Assembly: GCA_001244265.2 (NCBI GenBank)
Contig: CDLV01000005.1
Coordinates: forward strand, 1 to 64,000
DNA: 64,000 nucleotides
Source of the DNA: Microbotryum violaceum
Taxonomy: Eukaryota
Reading direction: 5' to 3'
Positions 43,317 to 57,007 of the stretch are shown here, piece by piece. The position numbers were made by a program, and so were the translations under genes. Below the pieces are notes generated by a model. The model searched no databases. It saw only the letters and a program-made list of their open reading frames with translations, and was not told where the DNA came from. Within the stretch, counting starts at the first letter, position 1; every line of letters begins with the position of its first letter.

Positions 43317-45226
43317 ATGTCGTACGAAGGCCAATCGCATCACCCTCACAAACCAGGGAGCCCCCCGAACGCGCACTTGATCGGCGTCGCACCCTCACTC
43401 GGCGATCGTCGTGACGCTGGGGACAGCTACGTCCCACAGGGGCTGCAACTCGTACAGGCGCATTGGTTCGTACGACACGGCGAACGGTCGCGTGAGTGAC
43501 CCATCGGTAACTGAGTTGTTGGACGTCTGTCTGGCGCTGACCGCACCTCTTACAACCTCAACACTCGCTTCAAACATCTTCGTTCAACATAGCCGTCCGA
43601 CAGCGCCTGACGGGCTTCGGTGACATCCCCGCCATCTTCCCCCTATGTGCGATCGGCCGGTCCTTTTCCACCGCCGTGCTGTCCCTCACCACCTCCGACC
43701 CGACCGCCTCAAGTGCGACCTCTGAACTCAACACCGGCTCAAATCCCACCTCCTCCCTACACTCCGGGACCCATCCCGATTCTCTGCCCTGGAAATCCCA
43801 CACAGGTCAAGTCTTGAGCAAACGCCTCCTCGGCATCCGTCGCCATGCCGAAGAGATGGGGCCTCGAAACCTCGCGAACGGAGGCACCCCCGCCGATTGT
43901 TACTGGGGAGAATTGACCGACCTCGGACGCGAATCGACGCTCAACCTCGGTGCCCGTCTACGCGCTCTCTACGTCGATCGACTGGGCTTCCTCCCCGAGA
44001 CCCTTCCGGATCTGCCCGTGGACGAGTCACCGGTGTATTTCAGGAGTACGGGGATGCCGAGGACGATCGAGTCCTTGCACCAGATCGTCGAGGGGTTGTT
44101 CCCATCCGGGTACAGAGCAGGACTCGTCGATTACACGGTCCGGAACCCGAATGATGAGAGGTCCGTCTCGGCGCATCGACTGTAGCCTGTCACCATCGCA
44201 GAGAGCTGATGTACGTGATCTTGTTCGCCGCAGTCTTTATCCGAATTCGTTGTGTGCTCGCATGCGTCAGCTCGACCAGATCTCGATCGCCATGGCTGCG
44301 AAAAAGTACAACCCGACACTAGAGCCCCTAGACGCTACCCTGGTCAAATATACCGAGACGTATGTTCCGCTTCTGACCCTTGCGTCTTTCCCTCCCTCAC
44401 TGACCCCACCTCCCCCCCAAACAGACCCCTCCGAATTGATTCCTCCCCTCGCGCAAACGGCATCCTCGACACTCTCTACGTCTGTCTCGCGCACTCCATA
44501 CGCACCCCCTCGGACCTCTCAGATCCGAAATTGCTCCAGACACTCGAATCCGCCGTCGTGCACGAATGGTTCGATTCCTACTCGACGCTCGAATTTACCA
44601 AACTCTCAATGGGTCGATTCTTAGGTGATCTCAAAGCTTCTCTCGTGTCCAAGATCGCGGATCCGGAGGAGAAGAAGAACAAGTTGCGACTAGGGGTGTA
44701 CGCATGTCATGACACCTCGTTGGGGGGGATATTGAACGCTCTACAAGTGTTCGATGGTCGATGGCCTCCTTTTACAAGTCATATCTCCGTCGGTGAGTTC
44801 ATGACCAGGAACCGATTGATGCCGTGATCGGGACCGCCAACCAATTTTCCTTGCTTATCGGGGGTTCTCGCAGAACTGTTCCGCGACAGCGACACCTCTT
44901 CCACCTCCTCACCTTCGACCTCAACTTCGACTTCGACCTCAAAACCCTCTCTCACCTCCTTCCTCACCTCCTTCCTCCCCACTTTCCTCCTTTCCAGTCC
45001 CCCACCCCCCTTAAAGCGGCACTACGTCCGCCTCTTCTTCAACGGTCGACCCCTCCACTTACCCGCCTGTTCGTCCCCCTCATCGCACCTCCCCGGATCA
45101 GAAGGGACGATCTGTACGTTCGAGGCGTTTTCCAAAGCCGTCGAGCGGGTCGAATTGACGGGCAAGGAATGGGAGGAAGGGTGTAAAGTGAAGGAGAGGG
45201 TCAAGATTGTTGAAAAAGTTGGTTAA
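43317..45226 (+). CDS. Histidine acid phosphatase (branch 2)
   Basis: VRHGER motif, CYWGELTDLG, RSTGMPRTIESL, YACHDTSL; spliced; stop TAA at 45224-45226. Confidence 0.88.
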
Positions 45227-45487
45227 GAGGGATGACCAGTCGTTGAGGGGGGGGGGGGAGGTTAGAGAAGAGTATTCGAACGAGCGAATTCTCGTGTTTA
45301 CGTAATTTATGAGGCGAGTTATTGCTCGTTCAGAAGCTTGCTGAGGAATTTAAGAGAACAGCAATGACAACGGGGAAACAACAGCATTCTTCACATTGTT
45401 TGAAAAGACCGTTTTACTAAAATCTACAAAAGAGCACAAACACGAAAGCAACGAATTTCTACAAACAAGCGCCGATTGCCGCTCCCT

Positions 45488-48400
45488 TCATCCCTCGATC
45501 TTCTTCAACAACACTCCGTACTCTTCCACCAACTTCTTACACGTCTCGTGCATGCCCAACTCGGGCAAAACGACCTCCCGCAGAATATCGCGTTTGTTGA
45601 ACGAAAGCACCTTGGGATCCCACTTTATTTCCGAATTCGAGGATTGACTGTGCGCCAAAGTTCAAAAGCTCATCATCAGAATCTGCTTTGGATAAAGGAA
45701 AACAAACATCGAGCGGGCGGTCGAATTTAAAACTCACTAATACACCGGCCCCAACAATGACCTAATAACCTCCTCCGCCCGCCCTAAAATGCCCGCTTTG
45801 CCCAACCGCTCACAATACTGCCTCATGAAAAAGCTATATTCCTCCGGCGAATCCAGCGCAACCGAAGCTTCGATCCTCGCTTCCGCATGCGCCAACGTAC
45901 GCGAGAGTCCAAAGTCGTTTTGTTCACCTTGAGGTGCCGAAGGGTCGCCGGAAAGTGTTGGCGAGAACTTGCGTTTCTTCGAGGAACGTTCGACGTCCGA
46001 ATCGGGTGCGATCGAGCTTTTACCTTCCTCGTCATCGTCGTCCTGCTCAGCATTAGAAGCGTCCGCTGCCGCAGCTTCCCGAATCGCTGTCTCGACCCTC
46101 CCGACCGCGCCATCCACCTCGTCCTCCTCCGTGATACTGCCCCACAACTCGGAGCCGTTCTTCCACCCCTTCTCCCCAACATGAACCCACACGCCCAACG
46201 CCCTATCGAACGAACACGTGACCCCCGACGAAAGCGCGACGACCGGAGTCCCATTGGGTAACAACGCGGCTGTAGTAATCGTCGTCGATGTCTTCCCCTT
46301 CCCGCCAGCTGCTCCTCCATCCACTCCCGACGTCAAAAGCGCTTCGATGGACCTCATCTCCAGCCCCACACTCCGTCGCGGTACATCCCAAACCCCCAAC
46401 GTTCCCTTCGCCGTAATAACCATCAACCACTTCCCCTCGGCACACAAGAATGCGCACGGCGAATCGAGTACGACGACGGGCCAAAGCCTCCTTCCCGCTG
46501 GTGAGTAAACGACGAGGGTTTTGTCATCGAGTGAAACGGCTGAAAATAGTGGTGATCCTGTCGATGATACGATGAAGGAAGTATGATAATCGATCCAGAG
46601 CGTCTTCTCTTGCACGTCTTGTTCCTTCACCTTCTCGGACGACGCCCCAATGACAACGCAAACCTCGCTCGAACCTTTCCTCTCCCCCTCCCCAAAGTTA
46701 CGAACCTGCAACCTATCGCCTTGCTCTGTGATCCTCTGCTCCTCAAACGTTTTAACCAAAGGCACCGCCAAGGCTCTCTCCCCCTTCCCATCCGGCCGAT
46801 TCGAAATCCCAAACGTCAAGCTCCTAGTCTGCGGCTCAACGACAGGCGCATAAGCAGGTCTCAACTCCCTCAATTCCCGCCTCTCTACCGCCCTCCTCCC
46901 TCCTCCGACGATCTTTCCCCGAGTCCTATACTCCGCTTCGGACAACCTCAAATGGTCACCGTACGCCTGACCAGACACCGGTCGACCTCTTTCGACGTGA
47001 TCAATATCCATCGCATCCAACGATCGTCTTGCTGACCCTTGACCTTGGTTCGGGAAGGACGATGACGAAGGTGCATGCGAAGTATAGTGCGGTTGTAATT
47101 GATTCGGCACGACGTACGTATACGCTGCTGGGTTTTGTTCTTGGGAATGAGGGAAACCGATCGGTTGGTGCACCTGTTGTTGATGTTGTTGTTGAGGCCA
47201 CGTGTGCGCGATCGATTGCATCCTATTCTGCAAGACCGCTCGTTGGTGCACTTGCTGACCCATAGGAAGTGTTGAAGGTGGCTGCATCATCATCTGATGA
47301 CCACCCAAAGGAGCCTGCATAACCGGTGCCGAAGCGAATGGGTTTCCACCTGATTGAACCTGCCCGATCTGCGCCCTCGGTACGACCCTCTTAGCACCCG
47401 GACCCTTCCTCGCCACCAACGTATTAACACTCGTCGTCGTCGTCGTTCCTCCAATTCCATGCAAAATCGTCCCATTCCTATTCGGTACCAACGTATTAAT
47501 CGCCCCATTAAGCGCAGGTACGCTAGTTCCATAAAGGTCCCTCCAAAAATTTTCCTTTGCCTCTACCGGACAAACGGTAGCGATTTCGTCCAAATCGAAT
47601 TCAAAAACTGCGACATGACCTTCTGACGAACAAGCCCAAAGTTGTTTACCATCTTTGGACCAAGACAAGTCCAAAATATCCCTTTCGAAAATTTCCTCGA
47701 AAACGATGATCGGTTCGGATTTGGAGGTGATCCAAAGGGAGAGTGTACTTCTCGCGCATAACGCCAACACCGAACAAAAATTGTTACTTTCCGCTGGAAG
47801 TTTTGGATCCCTTAGGAATACGTGAGGGTTGAAAGCACTGCATTCGACGATGTTGCCGTGACCGACCATGAAGGTTTGACCGCGAAAGGTGGAACGTTCG
47901 ATCACGGCGGCGACAAAGACGTCGTTCGAGGTCGCATTGGGTAAGACGAGGTGCGAGCCATCGGGGGACCAACTGGGGAGTCGTCGTCGAACAATACGCC
48001 ATCGGATTCAGTAAATGAAAACCAGATGGAGAATGCTCGGCTGACTCACGATGGACGATTGATGTTGGTTTTGGGCGCTTGGACGAACACTTCTTCGATG
48101 CTGGTGTGAAGGCGCCAATCGCTCGTACGCCAGACCTTGGCCGAGCCGTCGTCGGACTGTAGGACAATCGGGAATAACGTCAATCAGGACACAGCTCCAA
48201 GTCCCATCGCCGCCTCGACGCTTTCAGATGGCGGGAACCGACCTGGGTCGCGAGGTATTGCCCGACGGGATCAAAGACGAGGCCCTTGACGAAACCCATG
48301 TGACCGTCGAGGCGAGCGATACGTTCTGGCCATCGGTGAATGCATCATATGAGCCCGTTGTCGTTGAATTCCCCCTCGAGGCAGGCTCTGGACGTGCTCA

Positions 48401-49170
48401 CCAAAGGTTTTGCCGCTGTAGACGTAGGCCGAACTGTCGAGTCCGACGGAGGCGACGTATTCGTCATTGGGACTCCACGCGACGCCGGCGACGTCTGCGA
48501 GAGAAATGCCGACCACGTTGAACAGAACCAGCAGTTAGTTGTATCTCTGACACGCGTCGGAGGCTCTCCTGCCCCTCGAAGCAAGGACGGACCGGAATCG
48601 TGACCGACGAGTCGCCGTACGGCCTTCCAGTTTTCAATGTTGACCTGATCGGTGCCCCACACCTTTCCACCCTTTCCCCTGTAAAGGATGATGGGTTGTC
48701 TCGGTCACTTGTTGGCTCCTCGCAGCTGCTCACCCTCCACCTGAAGCGAATCTCGTCCCTCTCTCCCCGTGTGAACTCACTGCTCCAAACTCCAAATCAT
48801 GACAATCTTGTCATCGGAGCCACTGGCCAAGTACCTCCCATCATGACTCCACCTAACGCACATGACGACGCCTATTGTAACGCGGATCGGAAACGTTGTC
48901 GATCAGGACTTTCACCTCCGCTCAAGAAGGGAACGTACCCGAATGACTGATCAAGGTGCTCAGCAACTTGGGACATCTCTCGTCCCTCTCCGCGCGTTCA
49001 TCAACCACGCCTAACGTAGACCATAGTCTAATCTTTGTATCGAGTCCACCGGTGGCGAGCCTCGATCGATCGGGGTGGATAGAGAGCGTGTAGATCGTCG
49101 TAGGGCGCAGGTCCGTACGCGTCTCGTCGGGGTGCACGACCCAGCACGGTTTGGTGATCGAGATTGGCAT
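45488..49170 (-). CDS. HIR1: HIRA/Hir1 histone chaperone
   Basis: [34 protein letters not shown]40 start, NIENWK..LVGHDS, C-terminal Hira domain ([23 protein letters not shown]). Confidence 0.93.
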
Positions 49171-49461
49171 CGTTGGGGCTGTTGGGAGAGAGCTCAAGCC
49201 TACAACTTGACTGGCCGGCCGGAACTAACTCGAACGCGGTCGACTCGGACGCGGTCAAGCGCGTCGCACCTCGCGCGTGCAATGTTAATGTTCCAGCCGA
49301 AATCGACCTCAGGAGTGCCTCCCTATATTCAAGTTGCAATGCCCGTAGCGTGTTGCACACCCAAGATGTATATTGCGCCTAAAATCAAGGTGATCATCAC
49401 CCAAAAAAGAACCTAGCCCATCCCCACACTCTTTTACCCCCCACCCCACGCGGGAACCCCG

Positions 49462-51233
49462 TCATGCCCAAATGCCCAACCCCGTCTTCCCACTCCCCAG
49501 CCCCCTCATCGCATACCTACCTCTCCCATGACCCTCACCTTTGCTCCCTAAATCCCTCACCAGTCCATCGAGGCATACCAATCGATCCTTGACGTTTTCC
49601 GAATCGGGCTGTTTCAAGAACAAGAAAAACGCATGAGTTCTAACGCGGCCAAAAAAAAAATCAAAAAAATCCATGCGACAGAGCACAGGACCCACCGCCT
49701 CCCACTCGACCATCCGACATCGATAACACTCTACTCTCTCCGTACCATCGTTCCATCTCATCCCCACATGTTCCCCACCTCTATAAATCCCTCCAAACGT
49801 CTCCCACAAACTCGCAACAAAAAACTCTTTCGCCTTTTCCGATCCCTCCGATTCAAACACCTTGCGCGTGAGCGGATCTCTCAACGGCCTAATCAGAACG
49901 ACATCGATTGACGAATCAAGTTCTTGATCTTGCTCCGCTTGCATGTTGATCGATCTCGTTCGTAAAGGTGCGACAATGAAATCCTTTTCGAACCGGGACA
50001 CCAAACTCCCCACCACATAAACCCACGGACCTTTCAATACGATCTCTTTGGCACTTTCGTACACCCACTGACCGGCGTCCCACCTACTGACCGCACCGAC
50101 CAACTTGACTTTTCCCTCGTACCACCTGGTAGCATTCTCACCAGCGGCGATCTTGAACCTCTCCACACCTGGATGGGTCAAGCGTAATTTTTCAGCGTCG
50201 TACAAGATATTGGCGTGCAAAGCGGTCGAGGTAACGACGAGTGTGAACAGTCGTTCTGGCTCTCCTTTGAAGTGGACGGAAGGGAGTATGTTGAGAGCGA
50301 CCTCCAACGACCTTGGTCGATCGTTGCGTTGATGAAGGTAGGCAAAGAGGGATTGGTAGATGTGGAGTGCAGGATCAAGTTTGGTGTGATGCTCGGGTGG
50401 AAAGTGATGGTGATAGAGTGCATTGGCGGTGCCGAGCGGTCTGAAAAGTGGAGAAATTGGGGGGCCCGGGGTACGGCGTAGAGTTGGTCAATCGGCGTTT
50501 TCTTCTGACACTTGTCTCGTTTTCAATCCGGTCAATGTACTCACATTATCACCAATCCGGTTTGTTTGACCTCCTTCGTCTCCTCCCCCTCCACATCGAC
50601 CCCTTGCAACAAGCCATTGACCACCTCTCCGACGGTGCCATCTCCACCGATAACGACCACCGTCCTTGGCCCATCCGGATCACGTTGGACGATTCGTCTC
50701 CCAATCATGTTCCCATCAACTTGCACAGTCGTCTCATAAACGTGTATGAATTGCTCCGAGTGAACATGGCCCGAATTGACGAGTAAGGTGAGTAACGAGT
50801 TCAGGACGATTTGGGATCTCGAATTGAGTTGGGAACAAGTCGGGTTCCTGACCATCTGAATCGTGTGTTGCTTCAAGTTCTGTTCCTCGAATGGTGTGCG
50901 TAATAAATGGGGAGGGATTCGAAGATGGTCCAACCAATCCTCCTGCGGTTGTAGTACCTCCTTCTCCTTCTCGGATGAAGTGGTATAAGCCTTCCACTGT
51001 ACCTCCTCCACGACCGCCTTCTCTTCCCCTTCTACTCCCTCTATCCAAGAAAGCTTGACCGTATGTTCAGAGGTTTTCAATACGGTCCCTACTCGATTAT
51101 AAGGTAGTTTGAGAGTATGAACTGGCGAGTCGTGCTTGCTGAGAGGGGTATGATCGAAGATGAGGTCGGTTGAAGTGGAAGAAAGGTGAGTGGTCCTTCC
51201 TCGGAAATGAACCAGGGAGGTACGGGATGACAT
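49462..51233 (-). CDS. Diacylglycerol/sphingosine kinase catalytic-domain protein
   Basis: VVVIGGDGTVGEVVNGL motif; C-terminal LVCLDG. Confidence 0.8.
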
Positions 51234-51499
51234 GCGGGTGCGAGCTGGCGGTGAGAGGACAAAAAGGGGTTAAAGAGAGAGAGAGAGGTGGGGGGTTGAT
51301 CGAGCCGTGGGGTTAAACACCGAACACCGAACAGGCCAAGTCGTAATAGCGTATTTGTATTTCCCCCCTAATCGTAATAGGCTATTCCGTATTTCGGGAC
51401 GCGCGGCTTGGCTCTCTGCCAGCCACTACTCCCAGCTACTCGCTGCTCTGCTGCATCACCTCTTCATCTCTCCGGGGCGGTGCTCCTATCCCAGGTAGA

Positions 51500-54400
51500 A
51501 TGGAACGCTGGCAGGACTATGACCAGAACGTACGACCGACGGCTGGACCCTCGTCATCGTCGTCGGATGCTCAGCTGCACCAGCTTGGGCCCGGCCACGA
51601 TCATCCTACACCAACACCAAACGAGCGTACGATCCCACGATCGCCTAGCACCTCGTCGGACCACCCGCCCACCTCGATGGCCGACGCCGCGAGGGATGCT
51701 CCCGGCGCCGATGCCGACGACCAAGACCAAGTTGAAGACCACGTCTGTCGCGTTTGTCGGTCAGGCGCACCCGAGGATGGCGCATTGTTTTGGCCATGTC
51801 AATGTGCAGGCTCGATCAAGTCAGTCCAGCACTCGCTCCCACAAACTGTCCCTGTCCCCCTTGCATCAGCTTACATCTCCCGCTTCCCGTTCAGATACGT
51901 CCACGAATCCTGCATGAACGAATGGGTGCGCGTGTCCAAAAAGTCCAAATGCGAACTCTGCCGCACACCTTTGCACTACACCTCCATCTACCCCGCGCAC
52001 ATGCCCTCCCACCTACCCCCCAAGATCGTCCTCCGTCATCTCGTGTCGTCGCTCCTCTCTTCACTCGCGCTCGTCCTCCGTCTGATCCTCGTCGCGCTCT
52101 TGTGGCTCGTCGTCTTGCCGTATGCGATCGAGTCCATCTTCAAGCTCTTCATCTGCACCGCAGACGGCTTGGGAATCTTCAGCCTCGTCATCACCACAAG
52201 AGTTACCCCCGTCCGACTCGCCGGAGGAACCTACATGACCTTACTACCCAGAACGACCCATTCCAACTCGGGTCAAACGATCGAATACTTCGTCAATTCA
52301 ACTTTGTGTTATCTCAAACAGAATCTTACCTCCCCCGCTTCATCAACGACCTTGATGAACATGACCACCGGCCTTAGCTCACTTATTCAAACACCTTTGG
52401 ACGAGTCTAGTGACCTCGTTCACACTGCAACCCAATCGACACCAAACTGGATAGGCCGACTCGACAAGATCGACTACATACGCACGATGATCTACGGTCC
52501 GACCCCTCGTTCCAAAATCGCATGGGACGTCATCTTTGAGTAAGTTCAAAAAGTCTATGTGTTTTCGAATCAGTACTGGGGATCGTGCTTGTTAATCCAT
52601 CCCCCTACAAACAACAAAAACAAAAAAAAAAAAACTCTACTCGCTCAATCAGTACGATCGCCTCGGACGTGTTCAAAGGTCAAGTCATCACTTCGATCGT
52701 CATCGTCTTATTCGTCATCGGTTTCTTGGTCAGGGAATGGATCCTCACCAACGCACCTCCCGAAATACCCCCCGCACCCGCACCCGCCGCTGCTGCTGAG
52801 GCTCCAGTAATTCCGGAGTTGATCGTAGGCGAAGAACGGGCACAAAGACTCGTCCACATGGAGATAGACGATGAATTGAGAGGTCCCCAATACGACGAGA
52901 TGTGGAGGCACCTCGAACGAACGCTCGATCGACTCGCGGCGGTGGATCCGAGTGTCAATTTACCTCCGAGGCAGACGGAACAGGTTAGGGGGGTAACATC
53001 GGATGCGAGGCTTGTACATGATGAGGAGGAGGAGGAGGAGGATCAAGATTATGTGGATAGTGAGAGGGAGGATAGGTCAGGGGAGAGTGAGAGTTCTGAT
53101 GAAGATGATGAGGATGATTCGGATGAGGAGTATAATGGCGTTCATATTCCCGGTTTGACGGGCGATTACGTCCCTGGTTTGGACGATCCGAATGGAGGAC
53201 CGAGCTACATCATCCGACGTGTCAATCCCGAAGGTTCTCAACCTCCCCCTGTCCAGCCCGCCCAAGAAGAGGCTCGACCAAGTCCACCCATCCTCCGAGG
53301 CGAACTAGCTCCTGCACCACGAGCACCCGCCGCAAATATCGCCGCCCGCGAAGTTCCCCCTCCACCCGAACAACAAATCAACAACGAACGGGCTATGATC
53401 GTCGCCGCCGACGCTGCCAACGCCCCCATCCTCCCCGACGACCCTCCTCCGAACGACGACGATTTCGCCGCCGAAGACCTCTTTGACGATTTTGAAGGGG
53501 TTCTCGAAGCCATCGGTATGCGCGGATCGTTCTCCACTCTACTCCAAAATTTCTGTCTTATGATGCTCCTCGTCAGTCTATGTCTTGCCATCGGTCTCTG
53601 GATCCCTCTTTCACTCGGGAAGGTCATGGCGGGTTTGGATGCGATTCGATGGGTCGTGATGCCGTTGAGGGTCGTTAGGTGGTTTTCGGACCCGGTGTTT
53701 GATAAGGCGTTCGAGGTGGTCATGTGGGCGCCGAGAAAAGGGGTCAGATTCGTCGATACGATGGTTCAAGATGCGGGCGACGGGACGATATTGGGCAAGG
53801 TCTTGGCGAAGTTTGGTGGAGTGGCTAGCCACTCACCCGTCGTGGCTAACTCGACCGTCGCCGTGGCTTCGACCAAACCCCTCGCCGCTTCAAGCGTTAA
53901 GACGACCTTCAAAACCGCGGTGAAGCACTACAAGATGATGGGACACGCCGAAGACACCTTTCACCGTGCGCTCTGCACCGCCTTGGGCTACATGACCTTC
54001 CTCCTCGGTGGAGCAGGTTACCTCCACATCACGGACAATGAATACAGTCGATCCGTCAACCGCGCGATCCGAGAGGGGATCTCGCAACAGTTGACTTTGC
54101 TCAAGGTGTGCTTCTTCGTCGCGGTCGAAATTATCCTCTTCCCCGCCTCGTGCGGTTTGCTCGTCAACCTCTCGACGTACCCACTCTTCCCCGGTGCTTC
54201 GTTGGCCACCCGCCTTAACTACCTCCACGCCGCGCCCTTTTCAGGCTTCTTCCTCACCTGGCTCGCCGGCACGATCTTCATGTTCTCATTCAGCGCCGCC
54301 ATAGATGCCGTCCGTGAAGTCGTTCGCCCCGGCCTCATCTGGTTCATCAAAGATCCGCAATCTCACGACTTTCACCCCATCCGAGAGATTCTCGAACGGT

Positions 54401-56021
54401 CGTCCTGGACGCAAGCAAAAAAGATCTTCACTTCGATGCTCTTGTACGGATCAGTGATCTTTCTCAGTCTATCAACGAACGTTTTCTTCCTCAAATATTG
54501 TTGTCCCACGATCCTCCCTCTCGATTGGTTATCAACACGTTCCTTCTCCGTACCTTTAGATCTCCTGATCTATCGCTTCGTCGTACCATTTACGATCGGA
54601 CTCGTCGAACCTCGATCGATAGCGAAAACTTGGTGGACCCAATGGGCTCGTCAATCGGCCAAAGCGTTGAGGTTGTCACACTTTTTATTCGGCGAACGCA
54701 ATCTCGACGAAGAAGGGACGCATGTTAGGAGGACGTGGAGGGCGAGGATACTTTTATTAAAGGCGCCTGTACCACCTCGTCCCGTCGAAGGAGATGATCG
54801 CATTCGGGATACGACGTTCGACGATGAACTTTTCTCTTCGAGTTCTTCGACCCGCCCCGTCATTTTCCAACACGACGGCGGCTTCGGTCGTGTCCCAGCC
54901 CTCGACACCGTCCGTACGGCCCCCAATCGTCCGATGCTCATCCGCGTCACCTCACAAGGTTTTCCCCTCACCCCTCGGGGTGAACAAGTCATTGCCGAAC
55001 AAGTGTCCGAAATGGCGACGACGAGGAAAAAGGATGCGTATGAGGTCGTATATCTGCCTCCTGCGTTTGCGGTGAGGGTCGGGGTGTGGTGTTATTTGGC
55101 TTGGTTGGCGGGATCGGCCGCGTTGGTGGGTGGAGTGGTGGGACCTCGTGAGTTCTTTTCGCGTTGGCGTGCTGGGTTTTGATGCTGAGTTGCTGATTGA
55201 TTTTGCGTTCAATCTTCCCAGTTGTCGTTGGTCGATACCTCCTCTCAAAAATTGCCTCGTCCCCACCACACGACTTTTACGCCTTTACTCTCGGTGCTCA
55301 CCTCCTCATCCTCTTCGCCTACGGCATCAGTCACGCGAGCCAATTCCGTCCCTCGCGTCAAACCTGGTCGACGATCCGTATCTTCTCTATGACCATTCTC
55401 CTCGCGGGGATCCTGACTCCCCTGGCATTGGGCCTCTTTGTCGAAGTCTACGTTGTCCAACCTGTCAAACTACTACAAACCCATCGGTACATCGCCAAAC
55501 TGCTCCCAACCCCAAGCGCGCCAAGTGCCTCCATAAGCACCATCCACGTGCTCCCCTCCTGGTCGCTCGGTATCTTAATCCAACACCTCCTCCTACTTCT
55601 CCTACGCTCCCCCTTAATCCTACCATCAACCTCACCCCTCCGTCTCGCCCAATCGCGCGCCAAAACGCTATGGCTCCACCAAGCCCGACCAGCCGCTCTC
55701 TCCCTCCTCCTCAAAGACCTCTACACTCCACTCTTCCTAACCCTCCTAACCTCCCTCCTCTTCCCAACCTGCCTCGCAATCTCCCTCCACCGACTCCTCC
55801 TCCACTTCTACCCTTCCCTCTCCTACATCCCTTCAACCCATTTCGAACCTTACCCAATAACAACTTGTATTCAATTAACCTACTTCATTCATTCAACACT
55901 CTTCATCCTAATTACGTTCGGTTGGGGGTTTAGGAAATGGTGGTTGAATTGGTTGGGGAGGAGAAGGGAATTAGAATATTTGGTTGAGAGGAGGTTGAGG
56001 AATTATGAATCGCTTTCCTGA
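51500..56021 (+). CDS. SSM4: ERAD E3 ubiquitin ligase Ssm4/Doa10 (MARCH6-like)
   Basis: RING-CH CRVC..PCQCAGSIK/YVHESC..W..CELC; FLVREWI; LEAIGMRG; VRPGLIWFIKDP; many TM segments; C-terminal YLVERRLRNYE. Confidence 0.93.
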
Positions 56022-56339
56022 AAGAAGAAAGAAGGAATGCGCTGAAGGGAGGGAAGGGGGTGGGGGGGGGGGTAGGGACCCGAGATGCTTGATGATTTAG
56101 TTAGATTAGTCACTCGGCCGGTTTGAGAATTGATCTTCTTCTCTCTTTTTTTTGTTTTTGTATTTTTTGTTTTTTGTTTTTGTGTTTTAGCGAATATGTT
56201 GTATACAAACCCTCACCTCTTCAAAAACGAATAGGTCTTCTTCGTTCCTCTAGTTAAGAGTTATGAGATCCCAAAATAATGCGGGGAGAGGGTAGTGACT
56301 CTGGGCCTCTGGGGGTAGCTCAAGGAAGACGTGCGAGAT

Positions 56340-56387
56340 ACTTGGGGAATCAGTGCGTCGAATTTTCACCGCACTGATTCCCCAAGT
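56340..56387. repeat. Perfect 18 bp inverted repeat with a 12 nt loop
   Basis: ACTTGGGGAATCAGTGCG-TCGAATTTTCAC-CGCACTGATTCCCCAAGT. Confidence 0.9.
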
Positions 56388-57007
56388 CCGAACTGAAAAG
56401 GATCGAACGGCAGAGTTCGCAGGCCGAATGAAGAATGAAAAAAAGAAGGAGAAGAAGAAGAATAAGAAACCCTCCTACTAAAAGGACCCAAGGTCAAGAG
56501 TTACCAGTTCGAGGACCGCTTCGGAGGAAAGTTGGCTCGAGGTCGTCCGTGAGCGGTAGTAAAGAAGCGGAGCGACGCCTTAAGACTTAAGACTTAACTT
56601 TCACCAGTTGAAAGGAAATGCGCAGCGACCTGAAATCGTTCAAAGGAAGAAGAGCTATACAACAAGAAAGGAAAGCCCTCGGATTTTTGTAAGATTGATC
56701 GATTGCATAACGAAAGAAGCACATCCACGAATAAAGCATAGGGCGATATATGTGTGGGCTGAACAGGGTGGCAAGATCATTTGAGCATCAAAAGGGGGAA
56801 AAGGGGGCCAGAGCGGTGGCGACGACGACGGATTGGCGTGGCCGACCGGTGGGCGGGGAACAAATTTGGGATTCGGATTCGGACTTGGGAGGTCGGGATA
56901 GCAAAGTGTCGTTGGATTATAAGGAAAAACAAAGAGGAAACGGAAAGCGGAACCAGCAAGTCGGAGTGGAGTGAAGTGGCGTGGCCTTGCGAGTCGATGA
57001 ACGCAAC

